Shown piece by piece: positions 46,261 to 56,701 of a stretch of DNA of 64,000 nt. The stretch is taken from assembly GCA_964634945.1 (NCBI GenBank), contig CAZWMG010000008.1, positions 268 through 64,267 on the forward strand, in the 5' to 3' direction. This stretch comes from an uncultured Planctomycetia bacterium (GTDB lineage Bacteria; Omnitrophota; Gorgyraeia; JABMRG01). Below the pieces are notes generated by a model. The model searched no databases, had not been told where the DNA came from, and saw only the letters and a program-made list of their open reading frames with translations. Made by a program: the position numbers and the translations under genes. Each line of letters opens with the position of its first letter. The first letter of the stretch is position 1.

Positions 46261-47016
46261 TTATTTCTTGGATTTACCCTGAGCAGCGACAGTATCCATC
46301 GCCTTTTTAACCTTTTCAGGATCTCCAAGGTAATAATGTTTTATGGCATTCAAGTCTTTGTCAAGTTCATATACGAGTGGTATACCCGTAGGGATATTAA
46401 GTTTAACAATATCATCATCCGAGATTTTGTCGAGATATTTTACAAGTGCCCTTAAGCTATTGCCGTGGGCCGCTATCAATATTTTTTTACCTGTTTTTAA
46501 TACAGGAGCGATCTCATTGTGCCAGTAGGGCAGGAACCGCTCTACAGTATCTTTTAGACACTCTGTCGACGGTATCTCGCTACTATCGAGTTCCTTATAC
46601 CTCGGATCATTCGCAGGATGACGCGGGTCAGTGGCCTCAATAGCAGGCGGCTGTATATCATATGCGCGCCTCCATAGAAGGACCTGCTCTTCGCCGTATT
46701 TTTTAGCGGTCTCAGCTTTATTCAGTCCCTGAAGAGCTCCATAATGTTTTTCATTAAGCCGCCATGAGCGGTATACAGGTATCCACATAAGATCCATCTT
46801 ATCAAGAGTTATCCACAGAGTTCGGATAGCTCTTTTTAATACAGATGTAAAGGCGATGTCAAATGTGTAGCCTTCGTTTTTTAATGTCTCTCCCGATTCT
46901 TTGGCTTCAGATATGCCCTTTTCAGAGAGATCCACGTCTGTCCATCCGGTAAAACGGTTCTCTTTGTTCCAGATGCTCTCACCATGCCGCAAAAGTACCA
47001 ATTTTGTATTTTCCAT
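46261..47016 (-). CDS. gpmA: 2,3-bisphosphoglycerate-dependent phosphoglycerate mutase
   Basis: [29 protein letters not shown] carries the RHGE catalytic-His motif. Further family motifs include LKRAIRT and [10 protein letters not shown]. Confidence 0.9.
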   Translation of the reverse strand: MENTKLVLLRHGESIWNKENRFTGWTDVDLSEKGISEAKESGETLKNEGYTFDIAFTSVLKRAIRTLWITLDKMDLMWIPVYRSWRLNEKHYGALQGLNKAETAKKYGEEQVLLWRRAYDIQPPAIEATDPRHPANDPRYKELDSSEIPSTECLKDTVERFLPYWHNEIAPVLKTGKKILIAAHGNSLRALVKYLDKISDDDIVKLNIPTGIPLVYELDKDLNAIKHYYLGDPEKVKKAMDTVAAQGKSKK

Positions 47017-47269
47017 ATAATGCCCCTTTTTATATAGCAGCTTAATTGAAGCAGGCTGCTATTTCTCACCCTGCCTGCCCTGCCTACGGCAGGTATTCGT
47101 TCAGCGCAAAGCCCACTTCAGCTCCCTGTGAATTTCTGGCTTGCCCTAAACCACTCGTTACTTCGTAACTCGGGTTCAGGGCATTTCACCATTCAAAAAA
47201 CTATATGGCGAAGCCATGAATCTGAGCCATGTACCACTCATTTCATTTGGGTGCATGGCGAATGGTTCA

Positions 47270-47356
<87 letters not shown>

Positions 47357-47472
47357 AGCAGTGTTTAAAGTAGCATTGAGTATAGCAAAAAATATTATAG
47401 CAGGCAAGTTATTTTTGACTTGCATACCGAGAGACCGTTAGTGTAATATATAGAAAAGGGAGATTTAATAGA

Positions 47473-48090
47473 ATGCGTAAAAATTTATTGTTTTATATTA
47501 TAGTGTGTTTGATATTAGCAGGTAGCGTAAACAGCGCGTATGCGCAATTCTGGAAAAAGTGGTTTAATAAGGATGGCCAGGCACAGAAGGTTGAACCTGC
47601 AAAGGAAGCTAAGGCACCTGAAAAACAAGTAAAGAATAGCAGGCCTATCAAGAGCCAAACAGATAAAAAGAAGATCAAAGAATTGTCGCATACTGAGGCT
47701 CAAGCTATCGTTGAAAAGCAGTTGGCGAAAGATATGGAGGAGTTGAAATCATCAGATGCGAACGCTATGGCAGAACAAGCCGCAAAGAGCGCTTCAGAGA
47801 GCGCACAGGAGAAGGCAAAATATAGTTTAGAAGAAAATATAAAACAGGGTGAGACGGCACCGGAGGATATGAGTGATAGTGAAAAAGAAGAACAACTACG
47901 TCAAACGCAGGAACGTGTGGACCAGATACGAAAAACAAATGAGTTCAACAACGCCCAGAAGTCTCTGGATAATATAAACAAGATCAACGAGTTTAATAAG
48001 CAGCAGAAAAGAACAAATGATCTTAACAAGTTAAACAAGCAACAGAAAAATATTGATGATTTAAACAAACTTAACGCCGTAAAAAAATAA
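47473..48090 (+). CDS. Secreted low-complexity K/E/Q-rich protein with KINEFNKQQK / DLNKLNKQQK repeats
   Basis: Signal peptide MRKNLLFYIIVCLILAGSVNSAYA. The rest is charged and repetitive. Confidence 0.45.
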   Translation: MRKNLLFYIIVCLILAGSVNSAYAQFWKKWFNKDGQAQKVEPAKEAKAPEKQVKNSRPIKSQTDKKKIKELSHTEAQAIVEKQLAKDMEELKSSDANAMAEQAAKSASESAQEKAKYSLEENIKQGETAPEDMSDSEKEEQLRQTQERVDQIRKTNEFNNAQKSLDNINKINEFNKQQKRTNDLNKLNKQQKNIDDLNKLNAVKK

Positions 48091-48226
48091 TTAAAGAGAG
48101 GTTTTTCTCTTTACAAGGTAGTATTTTTCTTATATAGTAAAAATAGGCAGTAAAAATTCGGTGGGGTAGATGGAATCGACGAGGTTTTATATTTAATAAT
48201 TGCACATACTGATTCCCTTTATTTTC

Positions 48227-48256
48227 ACCGACTATAAAAAGTCGGTTTATTTATTT
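48227..48256 (+). terminator. Intrinsic terminator-like hairpin (accgac-tataaaaa-gtcggt) followed by ttatttattt
   Basis: 6-bp stem plus T-rich tract downstream of the 47473-48090 gene. The stem is short. Confidence 0.4.
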
Positions 48257-48272
48257 AAAAAAGGAGTAAGAT

Positions 48273-49088
48273 ATGTTAAAGAGAATTGCTATAGTAACTT
48301 GTGTTCTTCTGTATGCAGGTAGTTGTTTTGCGCAAGTTGCGGGCAATACATCAGATCCTAAGATTCCTTATGGGCCAGGTATCGCGAATTTGCAGGCATC
48401 CGGCATGGGCCCTATCAAGGTTGGTTTTGACGCGGATTGGATATTTGACAAGGATCTTAGTGGAGAAAATAGCGTAACCAGCGCGGAATTAGAAGGACAG
48501 AAATACCTCTTTCGTGTCGGCTATACTATAGCGGATAGGTTTGAGCCGTATATTAAAATTGGTACATCACACCTTAAGACATCATGGAACCAAAATAATA
48601 TTCAGGTAAAAGCGAGAGGAGAAGATGGTTTTGCTTTCGGAGTTGGCGGAAAAGCGCTCTTGTACGATATCCCAGAACATAGAATCAGATTCAGCCTTGA
48701 CGGACAATATCTTTATACAGACCCAGGTGTGAAAAGCGCGCATATAGAGGGTTCAGAGCGCTCAATAAGCGCGAGTGAATTTAAAGTAAGTGAGTGGCAG
48801 ATTGCGGGTATCGTGAGCATGGAGTTTGTTATTAATAATGATACTGGTAATTCAGCAACACCTTATTCTGTATTGCCATATTTAGGCATCGCATACGCGG
48901 ATTCAAAGACAGATGTAAAATTTACGACTGTTGATACCACTTATGACATAGGAAGCGCGAAGAGCGACGATAAGTTTGTATTTCTAACAGGCTGTGATAT
49001 AACGGCGCCTGAGAATATGTCCATTAATATTGAAGGAAGGTGGGTAGGTGAGACCGCGGCAAGCGGCGGCTGTACTTTGAAGTTCTAA
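48273..49088 (+). CDS. Putative outer-membrane beta-barrel protein
   Basis: Signal peptide MLKRIAIVTCVLLYAGSCFA. Alternating amphipathic beta-strand pattern and a C-terminal Phe (…GGCTLKF). Confidence 0.5.
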   Translation: MLKRIAIVTCVLLYAGSCFAQVAGNTSDPKIPYGPGIANLQASGMGPIKVGFDADWIFDKDLSGENSVTSAELEGQKYLFRVGYTIADRFEPYIKIGTSHLKTSWNQNNIQVKARGEDGFAFGVGGKALLYDIPEHRIRFSLDGQYLYTDPGVKSAHIEGSERSISASEFKVSEWQIAGIVSMEFVINNDTGNSATPYSVLPYLGIAYADSKTDVKFTTVDTTYDIGSAKSDDKFVFLTGCDITAPENMSINIEGRWVGETAASGGCTLKF

Positions 49089-49288
49089 TGCTATTTTTTA
49101 AAATAGATGTTTTATTCTAAGTTATAGGCCAAGAAAAACCAAGCCTTGTTTTGCATTTCTAATTTATGTTACGATTGATGCTAATAGTCATATCCTCCTC
49201 AAATTTTATCCTGATAAAAAAATAAAATATTGAATGTGGTAAAACTTTTTAATTCTGATGTAATGTTTAAATCGCGAAAGAAAACCTC

Positions 49289-51271
49289 ATGGCGGATAAG
49301 CGTAAACAAGTAACAGGAATTAATCGCGCAATGTCTCTATCCACTAAATATGTAATTTGGATAATTATATTAATAGCAACACTTTTTTTATCGGCATTAT
49401 TATTAAAAGTAACAATTGAAAACCGACAGAAACATAGTTTTAGCGGAAGAATAATCATTTTAGGCCTTGATGCGGTAAGCCCTGAAATATTAGAGCCTAT
49501 GATGGATCAAGGAGAGCTTCCCAATTTTAACCTATTAAGAGAGAAGGGCTCTTATCACCGCCTCTCTACAACAAATCCCCCTCAATCTCCTGTTGCCTGG
49601 TCGGGTTTTTCAACAGGACAAAATCCAGGCAAAAACGGCATTTTTGACTTTATTTTAAGGGATCCAGATACATATAAGCTTTATCTATCTCTTTTTAAGA
49701 TGGAACATGGTAAGCCCGTAAGGACACTTAAGAGCAAAACTTTCTGGCAGTATCTGTCAGAATCCAATATACCCAGTGTTATAATAGCGTGCCCTGTTAC
49801 TTTTCCTCCCGGTAAAATAAGGGGTAAAATGCTTTCTGGTATGGGCGTCCCCGATCTATCGGGCCATCAACAGACATATACATTTTATACAAGTGAGGCA
49901 ATCAGAAGAAATATATATTTAGGTGGCCGCGTATTCCATGTTGATAAAGCGCCCGTCATGATTATGGATCTCCTAGGGCCTAAGGTTGCTTTAATAAATA
50001 AGAGACCCGATGATGTAAAAGTCCCATTTAGGGTTAAGCTTGAACAAGAAAAAAAAGTGCTAATCGAGTACCAGAACGAGAGCATAGAATTAGAGCAGGG
50101 ACAGTGGAGCAACTGGTGCGAGGTAGAATTTAAGCTCGGACTGTTTAAAAGGGCTAAGGGAATATTTAAATTCTGTCTTATATCCATAGAACCAGAATTC
50201 AAACTATATATAAGCCCTATAAATTTCGATCCTAGAAGCCCCTTGTTTGATATCTCGCATCCTAAGGGGTACAGCAAAGAACTTTTCCGCGAAATAGGAT
50301 TTTATCATACTCAGGGGATGCCGATGGATATGTGGGCGCTAAATCAGGGTAGGCTTTCAGATAGTCTTTTTCAGGATGAAGTGAAAAACATATTAAATGA
50401 AAAACGATCCATGCTTAATTATGAAATGTCTAATTTCAAGAAAGGTTTGTTGTTTTGTTATTTTGAATCGTTGGATGTAATTCAGCATATGTACTGGCGA
50501 TACATAGATATAGGGCACTCTCTTTATGAGGGCAAAGCTCCTGATGGGTACAAAACTTTGATAAAGAAATGGTATAAGAAGTTTGACTCTGTTTTAGGCG
50601 ATGTTATATCTCAATTAAAGCCTAATGATACATTAATCGTCTTATCTGACCATGGCTTTGGCAATTTTAGAAGGGCAGTACACCTAAATACCTGGCTTAA
50701 AGACAACGGTTACTTAGTCCTTAAAGATGGGTGCATTATAGGTAGAGATTCTTTAGTTGATGTAGATTGGGATAAGACAAAAGCTTACGCCCTAGGTTAC
50801 GGCGCAATCTATATAAATCAAAAGGGAAGAGAACGTTTTGGTATAGTAGAAAAAGGGGCAGAAGCAGATGCGATTAAGGAAGAGATATGTAAAAAGATAG
50901 AGCAATTGATAGATACAAAACATAACCAACCTATTGTGAGCAAGGCATATGATGGTAAAGATATATTTATCGGCAAATACGCGGATTTAGGCCCTGATAT
51001 ATACATAGGCTTTAATAAAGGATACAGGGCGTCATGGAAGACAGCTTTTGGGGGAGAGGGAAAGGGTGTAGTAGATGATAACTTGCAAAAGTGGTCTGGT
51101 TCGCATCTTTTCGATCCGGCTCTTGTGCCAGGAGTAATACTTTCAAACAGAAAGATAAAAAATAATAACCCCTCAATATACGATATAGCCCCTACTGTAT
51201 TAAAGATCACAGGTTCAAGCCAGAATAGGCTTGATAAATGTGATTTTGATGGCAAGCCTCTTTTGCAATAA
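49289..51271 (+). CDS. Alkaline-phosphatase-superfamily protein (type I phosphodiesterase / nucleotide pyrophosphatase-like) with an N-terminal TM anchor
   Basis: IILGLDAVSPEILEPMMDQGELPNFNLLREKGSYHRLSTTNPPQSPVAWSGFSTGQNPGKNGIFDF matches the metal-binding core pattern of the PF01663 family. TM helix YVIWIIILIATLFLSALLL. Confidence 0.6.
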   Translation: MADKRKQVTGINRAMSLSTKYVIWIIILIATLFLSALLLKVTIENRQKHSFSGRIIILGLDAVSPEILEPMMDQGELPNFNLLREKGSYHRLSTTNPPQSPVAWSGFSTGQNPGKNGIFDFILRDPDTYKLYLSLFKMEHGKPVRTLKSKTFWQYLSESNIPSVIIACPVTFPPGKIRGKMLSGMGVPDLSGHQQTYTFYTSEAIRRNIYLGGRVFHVDKAPVMIMDLLGPKVALINKRPDDVKVPFRVKLEQEKKVLIEYQNESIELEQGQWSNWCEVEFKLGLFKRAKGIFKFCLISIEPEFKLYISPINFDPRSPLFDISHPKGYSKELFREIGFYHTQGMPMDMWALNQGRLSDSLFQDEVKNILNEKRSMLNYEMSNFKKGLLFCYFESLDVIQHMYWRYIDIGHSLYEGKAPDGYKTLIKKWYKKFDSVLGDVISQLKPNDTLIVLSDHGFGNFRRAVHLNTWLKDNGYLVLKDGCIIGRDSLVDVDWDKTKAYALGYGAIYINQKGRERFGIVEKGAEADAIKEEICKKIEQLIDTKHNQPIVSKAYDGKDIFIGKYADLGPDIYIGFNKGYRASWKTAFGGEGKGVVDDNLQKWSGSHLFDPALVPGVILSNRKIKNNNPSIYDIAPTVLKITGSSQNRLDKCDFDGKPLLQ

Positions 51272-51547
51272 TCCACGCGGTTATGAGTGTAGCGCTATCT
51301 TCTATTATGAATATTTTCATCAATTGTAGATTAGCTGCTGTTGTAGATAATGGGACAGAGCAGCTATATTACAATGGCCTATTACCACCATATTAGTCTT
51401 CTTTTTTTTCTGATTTTAGTGTATACTATTTTTAAAAGGTAGCACTTTTTTCAGCTACAGAGGTATTCCAGGGAATATTCTGCCTGTATATGGTGTACAT
51501 TTTGTAATCACAGGTTCGATATGAGACAATAAAAATAAACAGAGTAT

Positions 51548-52429
51548 ATGAAAAATGTTTTTTTACCTAAAATAAGCATTGGCGTGCCGATATACAATGA
51601 ATCGGAAAATATTGACGAGCTGATAAAAAGCATACTAATCCAGATAGATATCGATATCAGCGAGGTTATTTTTATTGCGAGTGGTTGTACCGATGATTCC
51701 GTAAAAAAGGTTAAGCGTTATGTAGCAGAGAATCCACATTTTGTTTTGCTTGAGGAAGCAAGGCGCAACGGTAAGGCAGCGGCAATAAACCTTTTTCTAA
51801 AGAGAGCAGGTGGTAATATCCGCGTTATTCTTAGCTCGGATATTGTGTTGGATAAGAATTGCTTATCTTACTTAATAAGGCCTTTTAAACAGGAAGATAT
51901 TGGTATGACGGGTGCTCATGCTGTGCCCGCATCTAACAGTATTGGATTTGTATCTTCACTAAATAGAGTTCTTTGGGGGATCAATAACCAATTTAACAAG
52001 AAGAGCCCCAAATTAGGTGAGGCTGTTGCATTTAGAGACACAATGGACAGTATTCCCTGCGACACCGCTGTTGATGAGGCAAGTATAGAGGCTTTTTTTG
52101 TAAAGAGAGGTTTTAAGCTTTACTATGCAAATAGTGCAATCATATATAATAAATGCCCTTTGAAGATAAAGGACATTATTATGCAGAGAGTAAGAATTTA
52201 TTGGGGGCATATTGACGTAAAATCAAGTTCGGGATACGCAGTAGGTAGCATGAGTTTTTTATTAGCGATAAAAGCGGCTACTAATTATCTTATTTGCAAT
52301 CCCCGTTTATTTTTAGTATTTTTTTGCTTATGCATCCTGGAAGTAGTTAGCCGTATGACAGCTTTTTTTATGTACTATTTTACAGACAGGCCTGCGTTGT
52401 TTATCTGGTACACGTATAAAAAAGGATAA
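51548..52429 (+). CDS. Family 2 glycosyltransferase
   Basis: ISIGVPIYNESENIDELIKSIL, the DxD-like SSDIVLD and the GT-A fold pattern are present, with a C-terminal TM region. Confidence 0.7.
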   Translation: MKNVFLPKISIGVPIYNESENIDELIKSILIQIDIDISEVIFIASGCTDDSVKKVKRYVAENPHFVLLEEARRNGKAAAINLFLKRAGGNIRVILSSDIVLDKNCLSYLIRPFKQEDIGMTGAHAVPASNSIGFVSSLNRVLWGINNQFNKKSPKLGEAVAFRDTMDSIPCDTAVDEASIEAFFVKRGFKLYYANSAIIYNKCPLKIKDIIMQRVRIYWGHIDVKSSSGYAVGSMSFLLAIKAATNYLICNPRLFLVFFCLCILEVVSRMTAFFMYYFTDRPALFIWYTYKKG

Positions 52430-52441
52430 AGAGTATTTAGT

Positions 52442-54073
52442 ATGAAAGGTATACATATAAAGCGCTTAAAGATAGCGGGCTTTATTTCAATATTTCTCGG
52501 AGCATTGATCTTACGTATTTATGATATCAATAAATACGATTTATGGTTTGATGAGCTGGCATCAAATTATTATTCCTATCAGAATGTTAGCATGCTTGTT
52601 AAATTAGGCCGAACATCTATACTCAATGTTTTTATGCAGTATATTGCGTGCGATCCATCTTCCATATTCTATTATCTCGTTATTTATGTTTATAGTTTTT
52701 TATTTGGTGCGGCGAAAGCATTGAGGTTACTGTCCGTAGTCTTTAGCGTTTCCAGCCTTGTGGTGCTTTATAAATTGGCGCGCCAATTTTTCGATAAAAA
52801 GACGAGTATTTATGCACTTTTGCTTATGGCATTAAGCCCTATGCAGATATGGTATTCGCAAGAGGCGAGGGTGTATTCCATGGTCTCTTTTTTGGCTATC
52901 TCAACAGTATATTTTTATGTGCGAGCGCTGAAGACAGACAAGTTATTATATTTATTTTTATTTATGTTATCGTGTATAAGTGCTTGTTACGCAAGTTATT
53001 ATTCAGTATTTCTATTTTTGCCTATGGGCATTATGTTTATATGCAGTAAATATAAGCGAAATAACACAAGATGGTCGATAGCAGTCGTTATGATTCTGCT
53101 ATTAATTATCCCCTTGCTCTATACTTTTAAGATTCAGTGGACTTATATAAAAGATGGATTTTGGGTCTTGCCCCCATCGTTAAGGGTTACGTTAAGCACA
53201 TTTGCTGTTTTTGTTCTAGGGTATTCATCGACCATGTGGCAGATATGCACTGCCCCTGTTATTTTTCTAAGCTTGTATATTTATGGCGCCTATTCCTATT
53301 ATCATGATAATAGGAATAATTCGATAATTCTGTCACTATTTTTCCTGTTTCCAGTAACAGCGACCTATTTTATTTCAAAGCATATAACCCCACTGTATCT
53401 GTATAGGCAACTTCTTATGTATTGCCCGTTCTATTATATGTTTATAGCAAAAGGCATATTAAGCATAAGAAATAGCGCGCTTAAGAAGGGCGTTACTTTG
53501 TTGATCTTTACATTTATGGCGATTTCACTTATCAATTATTATAATAACTTTATACTGGCTTTTCCAGAAAGTAATAAAGATTTTTACCCGGGCATACATC
53601 TTAAGAAGAGTTATGCTAGTTTGATGCATTTAATAGAGGAAAGATCGAAAGCAGGAGACGCTATAGTAGCGACAGATATCCAATCTTTCGTTATTTTAGG
53701 CGCTTATTTTCAAGGCCATATTATACAAAAAAATGTTATCAGCGTTGGCTATTTGTTCTATCCATACGCAGCCGAGAGTTGCTTAGGTACAAAAGCTATG
53801 ATGCAGTCTTTAGGAATGGATACAATGGCTTTAAAAACAAGGAAACTTACAGGGTGGTGGTTAAAAGAAAGAGTAGAAGCATCTGTCAAAGAAGGGCTTG
53901 AATTTTCTAATTTTTCGCGCGTGTGGATAGTCTCCTCGGCCTGGCATCTCCGTGGCGATTTGAATAAAAATTCTAAGGATATTAGAAATAGTATGCTTAG
54001 CAAACATAAAAAATTGCTGTCAAAAGAAAAAGACGGCATCTATATAGATCTTTTTCAGGTTGTTTCTGAGTGA
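52442..54073 (+). CDS. GT-C family membrane glycosyltransferase (ArnT/PMT-like), paralog 1
   Basis: Many TM helices. N-terminal loop motif RIYDINKYDLWFDELAS is shared with paralogs at 54199 and 61481 (RIYNIDQYPLWFDELAS). Confidence 0.6.
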   Translation: MKGIHIKRLKIAGFISIFLGALILRIYDINKYDLWFDELASNYYSYQNVSMLVKLGRTSILNVFMQYIACDPSSIFYYLVIYVYSFLFGAAKALRLLSVVFSVSSLVVLYKLARQFFDKKTSIYALLLMALSPMQIWYSQEARVYSMVSFLAISTVYFYVRALKTDKLLYLFLFMLSCISACYASYYSVFLFLPMGIMFICSKYKRNNTRWSIAVVMILLLIIPLLYTFKIQWTYIKDGFWVLPPSLRVTLSTFAVFVLGYSSTMWQICTAPVIFLSLYIYGAYSYYHDNRNNSIILSLFFLFPVTATYFISKHITPLYLYRQLLMYCPFYYMFIAKGILSIRNSALKKGVTLLIFTFMAISLINYYNNFILAFPESNKDFYPGIHLKKSYASLMHLIEERSKAGDAIVATDIQSFVILGAYFQGHIIQKNVISVGYLFYPYAAESCLGTKAMMQSLGMDTMALKTRKLTGWWLKERVEASVKEGLEFSNFSRVWIVSSAWHLRGDLNKNSKDIRNSMLSKHKKLLSKEKDGIYIDLFQVVSE

Positions 54074-54198
54074 TAGCAACGCAATTCATCAGCAATAATT
54101 ACAAAGCTAATAAGATGTTTAGTAGGGTAAAAAAACTTTTCAACTTCAGGAATTGTTTAGGCAGAGAATATAATAAAAATTTTATGTAAGAGAGGCAA

Positions 54199-55809
54199 GT
54201 GATTATGCGAACACAAAAAGGTAATTTTTTTTACATATGTAAAAAAAATGTGACCTTGTTATTGGTTTTGTTGGCAACATTTGTTCTCCAGATTTTTTAT
54301 GCCGCAACAGAAAGCCTGTGGTTAGATGAATTTTTCAGTTGGGCAGTGATTAAAAGGCCCCTGAAAGAAATACTTTTCCTGCAAAAAGATTTCGCTCGCT
54401 GGTATATGAATAGCTTCCCCCCTCTTTATGAGGTGATTGTTCGCTTTTTTATTCAGATGGTGCCTATTAAAAATGATTTGATACTTCGTCTTCCATCAAT
54501 AATTTTCTATTTAGTAACCATTATATTGGTATATATGCTTACAGTGAAGATTTCCAGAAAGCGAGAATCGGGAGTTCTTGCAGCGTTTTTAGTTGCATTT
54601 AATTCAGCTTATTTTTCTCATGGCTATATGTTACGAGGTTATTTGTTCCTAACAGGTCTTTGCGTTTTGTCACTTTTTTTAGTTTATCAGTTTTTGACAT
54701 CAAAGCATAAAATTAAATACCTTGTTTTTATTTCACTGGTAAACTGCTGTATGGTCTATACATCTTATATCTCATTTGTTGTAATAATTGTTGAGGGACT
54801 GTTCTTGTATTCCTGCGCGTTAAGGCGCAATGATAAAAAAACTATACCATATATCATTGGTAGCTTTCTTATGCCTTTTATAGCCTTCCTCCCATGGGTT
54901 CATAATTTTGGAGTTGATTGTTTCTTAGAATCAGTCTCTACCTCAAGTAACACGCCTTATGAGAGGCTTGTAAGTCTCTTCTCAGGTAGTAACAGGATAT
55001 TTTTTGCCCATGCGATATTATTTCCGATAAGTTACTTCTATTGCTATAAGAAATTTAAGGACATTAGAAGGCTATTTTTTTTACTGCTTGCTGAGTTATT
55101 TTTTATATACCTTTTTTTGTGTGCATTTTTTATCGACCCGATTAACATAAGATACGTTTTGCCGATTTTGTTTATACCAGTCTTGTTCAATAGCATCTTT
55201 ATTGTTATGCTGAAAAAAAGTGCCCAGCTTGTATTGATAGCACCTCTCGTATTAGCTACTCTTTTTAGCGCAGGTAAATATAAGTTTCATGTTGATGAGC
55301 ATTTAGTTGATATCAAGAGCGTGGCTTATTATATTAACTCTCATGATTATGAGCCTAAGAGAACTATGATATTTTTTGAAGATATAATGGTTATGCCGGG
55401 ATTTTTTTATTATTTTTTAAGCCCAAAAGAAGCCTACTCTGCGACAGCGCCATTTTATGGATATTTTTTAAAGATCAACGAATCCCTTGCAGATAAAGAT
55501 ATCACTACCTGGGGAAATTGCCTTGGAGTGAGTTATTACGCGGATAATTTGATAATGCAAGATGACCATGATATACTTGTTTTGGTCGATACCGGTTATT
55601 TTAGACATGACATAGGTATCTATACAGATATAAGCGGTGAGGAAAATTTTATTAGGTCTTTTGAGAGGCAGGCAAAAGAAAGAGGCGCCCCCTACCAGCT
55701 AGTAGAGAAGAAGATTTTTAACGGGTATGTGGTAGCTACTTATAAAAAAAGTCAAGATTCACATTGGCGAAGCAATGCGCTATGGTCTTTGTTTTTAGAT
55801 AAGAACTGA
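54199..55809 (+). CDS. GT-C family membrane glycosyltransferase (ArnT/PMT-like), paralog 2 (more divergent)
   Basis: Polytopic, with ESLWLDEFFSW in the first loop and the same overall architecture. Confidence 0.5.
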   Translation: MIMRTQKGNFFYICKKNVTLLLVLLATFVLQIFYAATESLWLDEFFSWAVIKRPLKEILFLQKDFARWYMNSFPPLYEVIVRFFIQMVPIKNDLILRLPSIIFYLVTIILVYMLTVKISRKRESGVLAAFLVAFNSAYFSHGYMLRGYLFLTGLCVLSLFLVYQFLTSKHKIKYLVFISLVNCCMVYTSYISFVVIIVEGLFLYSCALRRNDKKTIPYIIGSFLMPFIAFLPWVHNFGVDCFLESVSTSSNTPYERLVSLFSGSNRIFFAHAILFPISYFYCYKKFKDIRRLFFLLLAELFFIYLFLCAFFIDPINIRYVLPILFIPVLFNSIFIVMLKKSAQLVLIAPLVLATLFSAGKYKFHVDEHLVDIKSVAYYINSHDYEPKRTMIFFEDIMVMPGFFYYFLSPKEAYSATAPFYGYFLKINESLADKDITTWGNCLGVSYYADNLIMQDDHDILVLVDTGYFRHDIGIYTDISGEENFIRSFERQAKERGAPYQLVEKKIFNGYVVATYKKSQDSHWRSNALWSLFLDKN

Positions 55810-55889
55810 TTTGCGTATTAAATTAAAAGTTATTTTTGAATCTTATTTGTCTACCTAAATGCGCTTGTGGTAAACGAAGATATTATAAT

Positions 55890-56627
55890 ATGAATAAGAA
55901 TATAAGAAAATTTTATCAAGCAGCTATAACGGAACGTGAGGGGGTAGGTACTGCTTATGAATACTTAGTCAAATACAGGCTGCTAAGTAAAGTTGTTAAT
56001 GAGAAAAAAAATAGCAATATCTTGGTTGCGGGATTGCCTGAAAAATATGGCTATAGCCTTGATTTCATTTTATTAAGTGAAGAAAACGATTGTAACTGTG
56101 AGGTTGTTGACGAGCGAATTGAGAAGCTGAATGGGATTAGAGGGATCTTTGAAAAAATCCATAAAGACGCGATATCTGTTCGATTGTGTGATCTATATAA
56201 TTTGGAAAACATTTATACGCAAAAGCATTTTGACCTAGCTTTTTCCTGCGAGGTTCTTCAGAGACTTTCTTCGGAGGATCAGATCCAGTATATAAGGTCT
56301 TTAAAAAGAATAGCTAAGAATGTAATTTTATTTGTTCCTAATGGTGATAATAGAAGCCATAAGGCTTCTTCAGGCTTGAATAGCATTACTCGTAAAGAGC
56401 TTGTTGGCCAATTTAATGCTTTAAATGGTTGCGAATATCGCGATATAGGTTATCTGGATATCCCCCCTTGGCCGCCAGGCGTTAAGGATAACCCCCTTAA
56501 GGGCCGTATTGGTAGGACACTTTGTAACATTTTATTAAATATCTTGCAGATTATTTCCGTGCTTGAACCATTTTATCCGAAGTCCGTTAAGTCAAAATAT
56601 GCCCATTTGATATATGTTATAACGTAG
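55890..56627 (+). CDS. Hypothetical protein, possibly methyltransferase-fold
   Basis: ATG at 55890 is preferred over the track start at 55836. NILVAGLPEKYGYSLDFILL is weakly Rossmann-like. Function not established. Confidence 0.35.
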   Translation: MNKNIRKFYQAAITEREGVGTAYEYLVKYRLLSKVVNEKKNSNILVAGLPEKYGYSLDFILLSEENDCNCEVVDERIEKLNGIRGIFEKIHKDAISVRLCDLYNLENIYTQKHFDLAFSCEVLQRLSSEDQIQYIRSLKRIAKNVILFVPNGDNRSHKASSGLNSITRKELVGQFNALNGCEYRDIGYLDIPPWPPGVKDNPLKGRIGRTLCNILLNILQIISVLEPFYPKSVKSKYAHLIYVIT

Positions 56628-56701
56628 CCCCGTAAGTATTTTGTTAGAAATCCTGTAATTTTGCTGCTGTATTTTGCTATGTAGCATTGCGAAAGTAGAA
56701 A

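Noticed and set aside
47040-47269. Possible ncRNA between gpmA and tRNA-Leu
   Set aside because: It contains cctgcc...caggtattcg-type motifs like other intergenic repeats but no recognisable RNA family signature. It is left as an unannotated spacer.
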